A DNA stretch of 46,263 nt from positions 71,141,595 through 71,187,857 of the forward strand of contig NC_068991.1 of NCBI RefSeq assembly GCF_001194135.2. The letters run 5' to 3'. This document shows, piece by piece, positions 45,101 to 46,263 of the stretch. The notes beneath the pieces were generated by a model, which saw nothing but the letters and a program-made list of their open reading frames with translations, made no database searches and was not told where the DNA came from. The stretch is from Octopus bimaculoides (lineage: Eukaryota). Both the position numbers and the translations under genes were made by a program. The stretch's first letter is position 1; every line of letters begins with the position of its first letter.

Positions 45101-45488
45101 CTCTCTCTTTGCTTGTGTCAGTCATTTGACTGTGGCCATGCTGGAGCACCGCATATGGTCGAACAAATCGACCCTAGGACTTATTCTTTATAAGCCTAGT
45201 AATTATTCTATCTTTCTCTTTTTGCTGAACCACTAAGTTAGGGGATGTAAACACACCAGCATCGGTTGTCAAGTGATGGTGGGGGTACAAACACAGACAT
45301 GCAAACACATATATATATATATATGTCTATAAACATATATATACGACAGGCTTCTTTCAGTTTCCATCTACCAAATCCACTCGCAAGGCTTTGGTCAGCC
45401 CGAGGCTATAGTAGAAGACACTTGCCCAAGGTGCCACGCAGTGGGACTGAACCCGGAACCATGTGGTTGGTAAGCAAGCTACTTACTA
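45101..45488 (-). mobile_element. SINE family A, near full length
   Basis: Colinear with 39065-39430. The extreme 5' end is missing. Confidence 0.95.
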
Positions 45489-45600
45489 CGTTAGTCATGT
45501 GGAATTATAAAAACATGGGATGCAGTGTATCTAAAGCTAAGGGTTGGGATTGTCTTTGAGTAAGTAAAAGAGCCAATCTGTTGAAGAACTGTTCTCTATA

Positions 45601-45819
45601 ACCTTTTGATACCAGCCCACTCAGAACCACCCGTGGTTCTATGATACAAACTTGTTTTAAAGTGATTCAAATTGAAACTTTCCGCCAACATTTCCTGCTA
45701 GTTTATATTCCAAACACTGCCATAATTATGGCAAAGTTATTATTTTACTAAATTCTTCATTGTTTTAAAAATTGAAACAGGAGCAGTTATATTTCAGCAG
45801 AGATGTGGTAACAGAAGGG
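45601..45819 (+). mobile_element. piggyBac-like MITE family 1, most complete copy
   Basis: Imperfect terminal inverted repeat: accttttgatacca versus cccttctgttacca (reverse complement of the right end), 11/14. TTAA flanks are eroded. Homologous to the 10290 and 32075 copies. Confidence 0.7.
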
Positions 45820-45994
45820 TGTGTTGGAGTTAATCTCTGTATAAAATTATTTTATCCTTCACTTTGGTACAATCCCATGAATTTATTAGTGGGTGAAGAA
45901 TGGGTGCAGAGGATTGGCTTAACCATATTGCATCACTGAGATTTATTTTATCAAATGCAGAGGAATAAATTAAAAAAAAAAAAAGCAGTGACAC

Positions 45995-46263
45995 CCCTAG
46001 TGTAATTTGAACTCTGGACACAGAAGTGTTAAGACTGAATGCTTAAGGTATTTAGTCCTGCACTCTACCATTTCTGACTTTTGTGCCAATGTTAGAAACT
46101 TATTTGTGCCTGACTAAATATACAGTTTTTCTTCCAAAACTTTAAATTCTGTGTTCAAATCTTGCCATTCATCTTTCATCTCTCTCTGGGCTTGATAAAA
46201 TAAGTAGAAGTCAGGTACCAGGGTTGATGGCATTCTGTATTAATTAGTCCCCACACCACCCCC
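45995..46263. mobile_element. Two degenerate SINE family C fragments: minus-strand head ~45995-46080 and plus-strand body ~46135-46263
   Basis: aatttgaactctggacac on the minus strand; tgtgttcaaatcttgcc...ctttcatctctctctgggcttgataaaataagta on the plus strand. Confidence 0.6.

Noticed and set aside
1-46263. CRISPR arrays, operons, rRNA or prokaryotic terminators
   Set aside because: The DNA is eukaryotic and repeat-rich. There is no repeat-spacer array, no rRNA-like sequence and no gene-dense organisation.

Overview
AT-rich, microsatellite-dense, non-coding eukaryotic DNA. The repeat families resemble those I recall from Octopus (coleoid cephalopod) genomes; this assignment is from memory, not a database search. 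About 4.6 kb (~10%) is N, in 14 assembly gaps. I could not support any protein-coding gene: nearly all ORFs in the track are artefacts of N-runs or simple repeats. The window is probably intronic or intergenic. It is dominated by tRNA-derived SINEs, which I label families A, B, C, D and F. It also holds decayed RTE-clade LINE pieces (an endonuclease region, an ORF2 C-terminus and several 3' UTR tails), piggyBac-like TTAA MITEs, and two unclassified dispersed repeats (G and H). The most unusual structure is a near-perfect 83-bp-arm foldback at 6622-6805, made of two LINE 3' tails joined head-to-head inside a (TA)n tract. Other observations are tandem head-to-tail SINE arrays docked on trinucleotide runs, nested insertions, module swapping between SINE families, two more small local inversions at repeat ends, CpG decay between two young SINE copies, ZNF143/Staf-like and RFX-like motifs, and a few weak minus-strand exon candidates.
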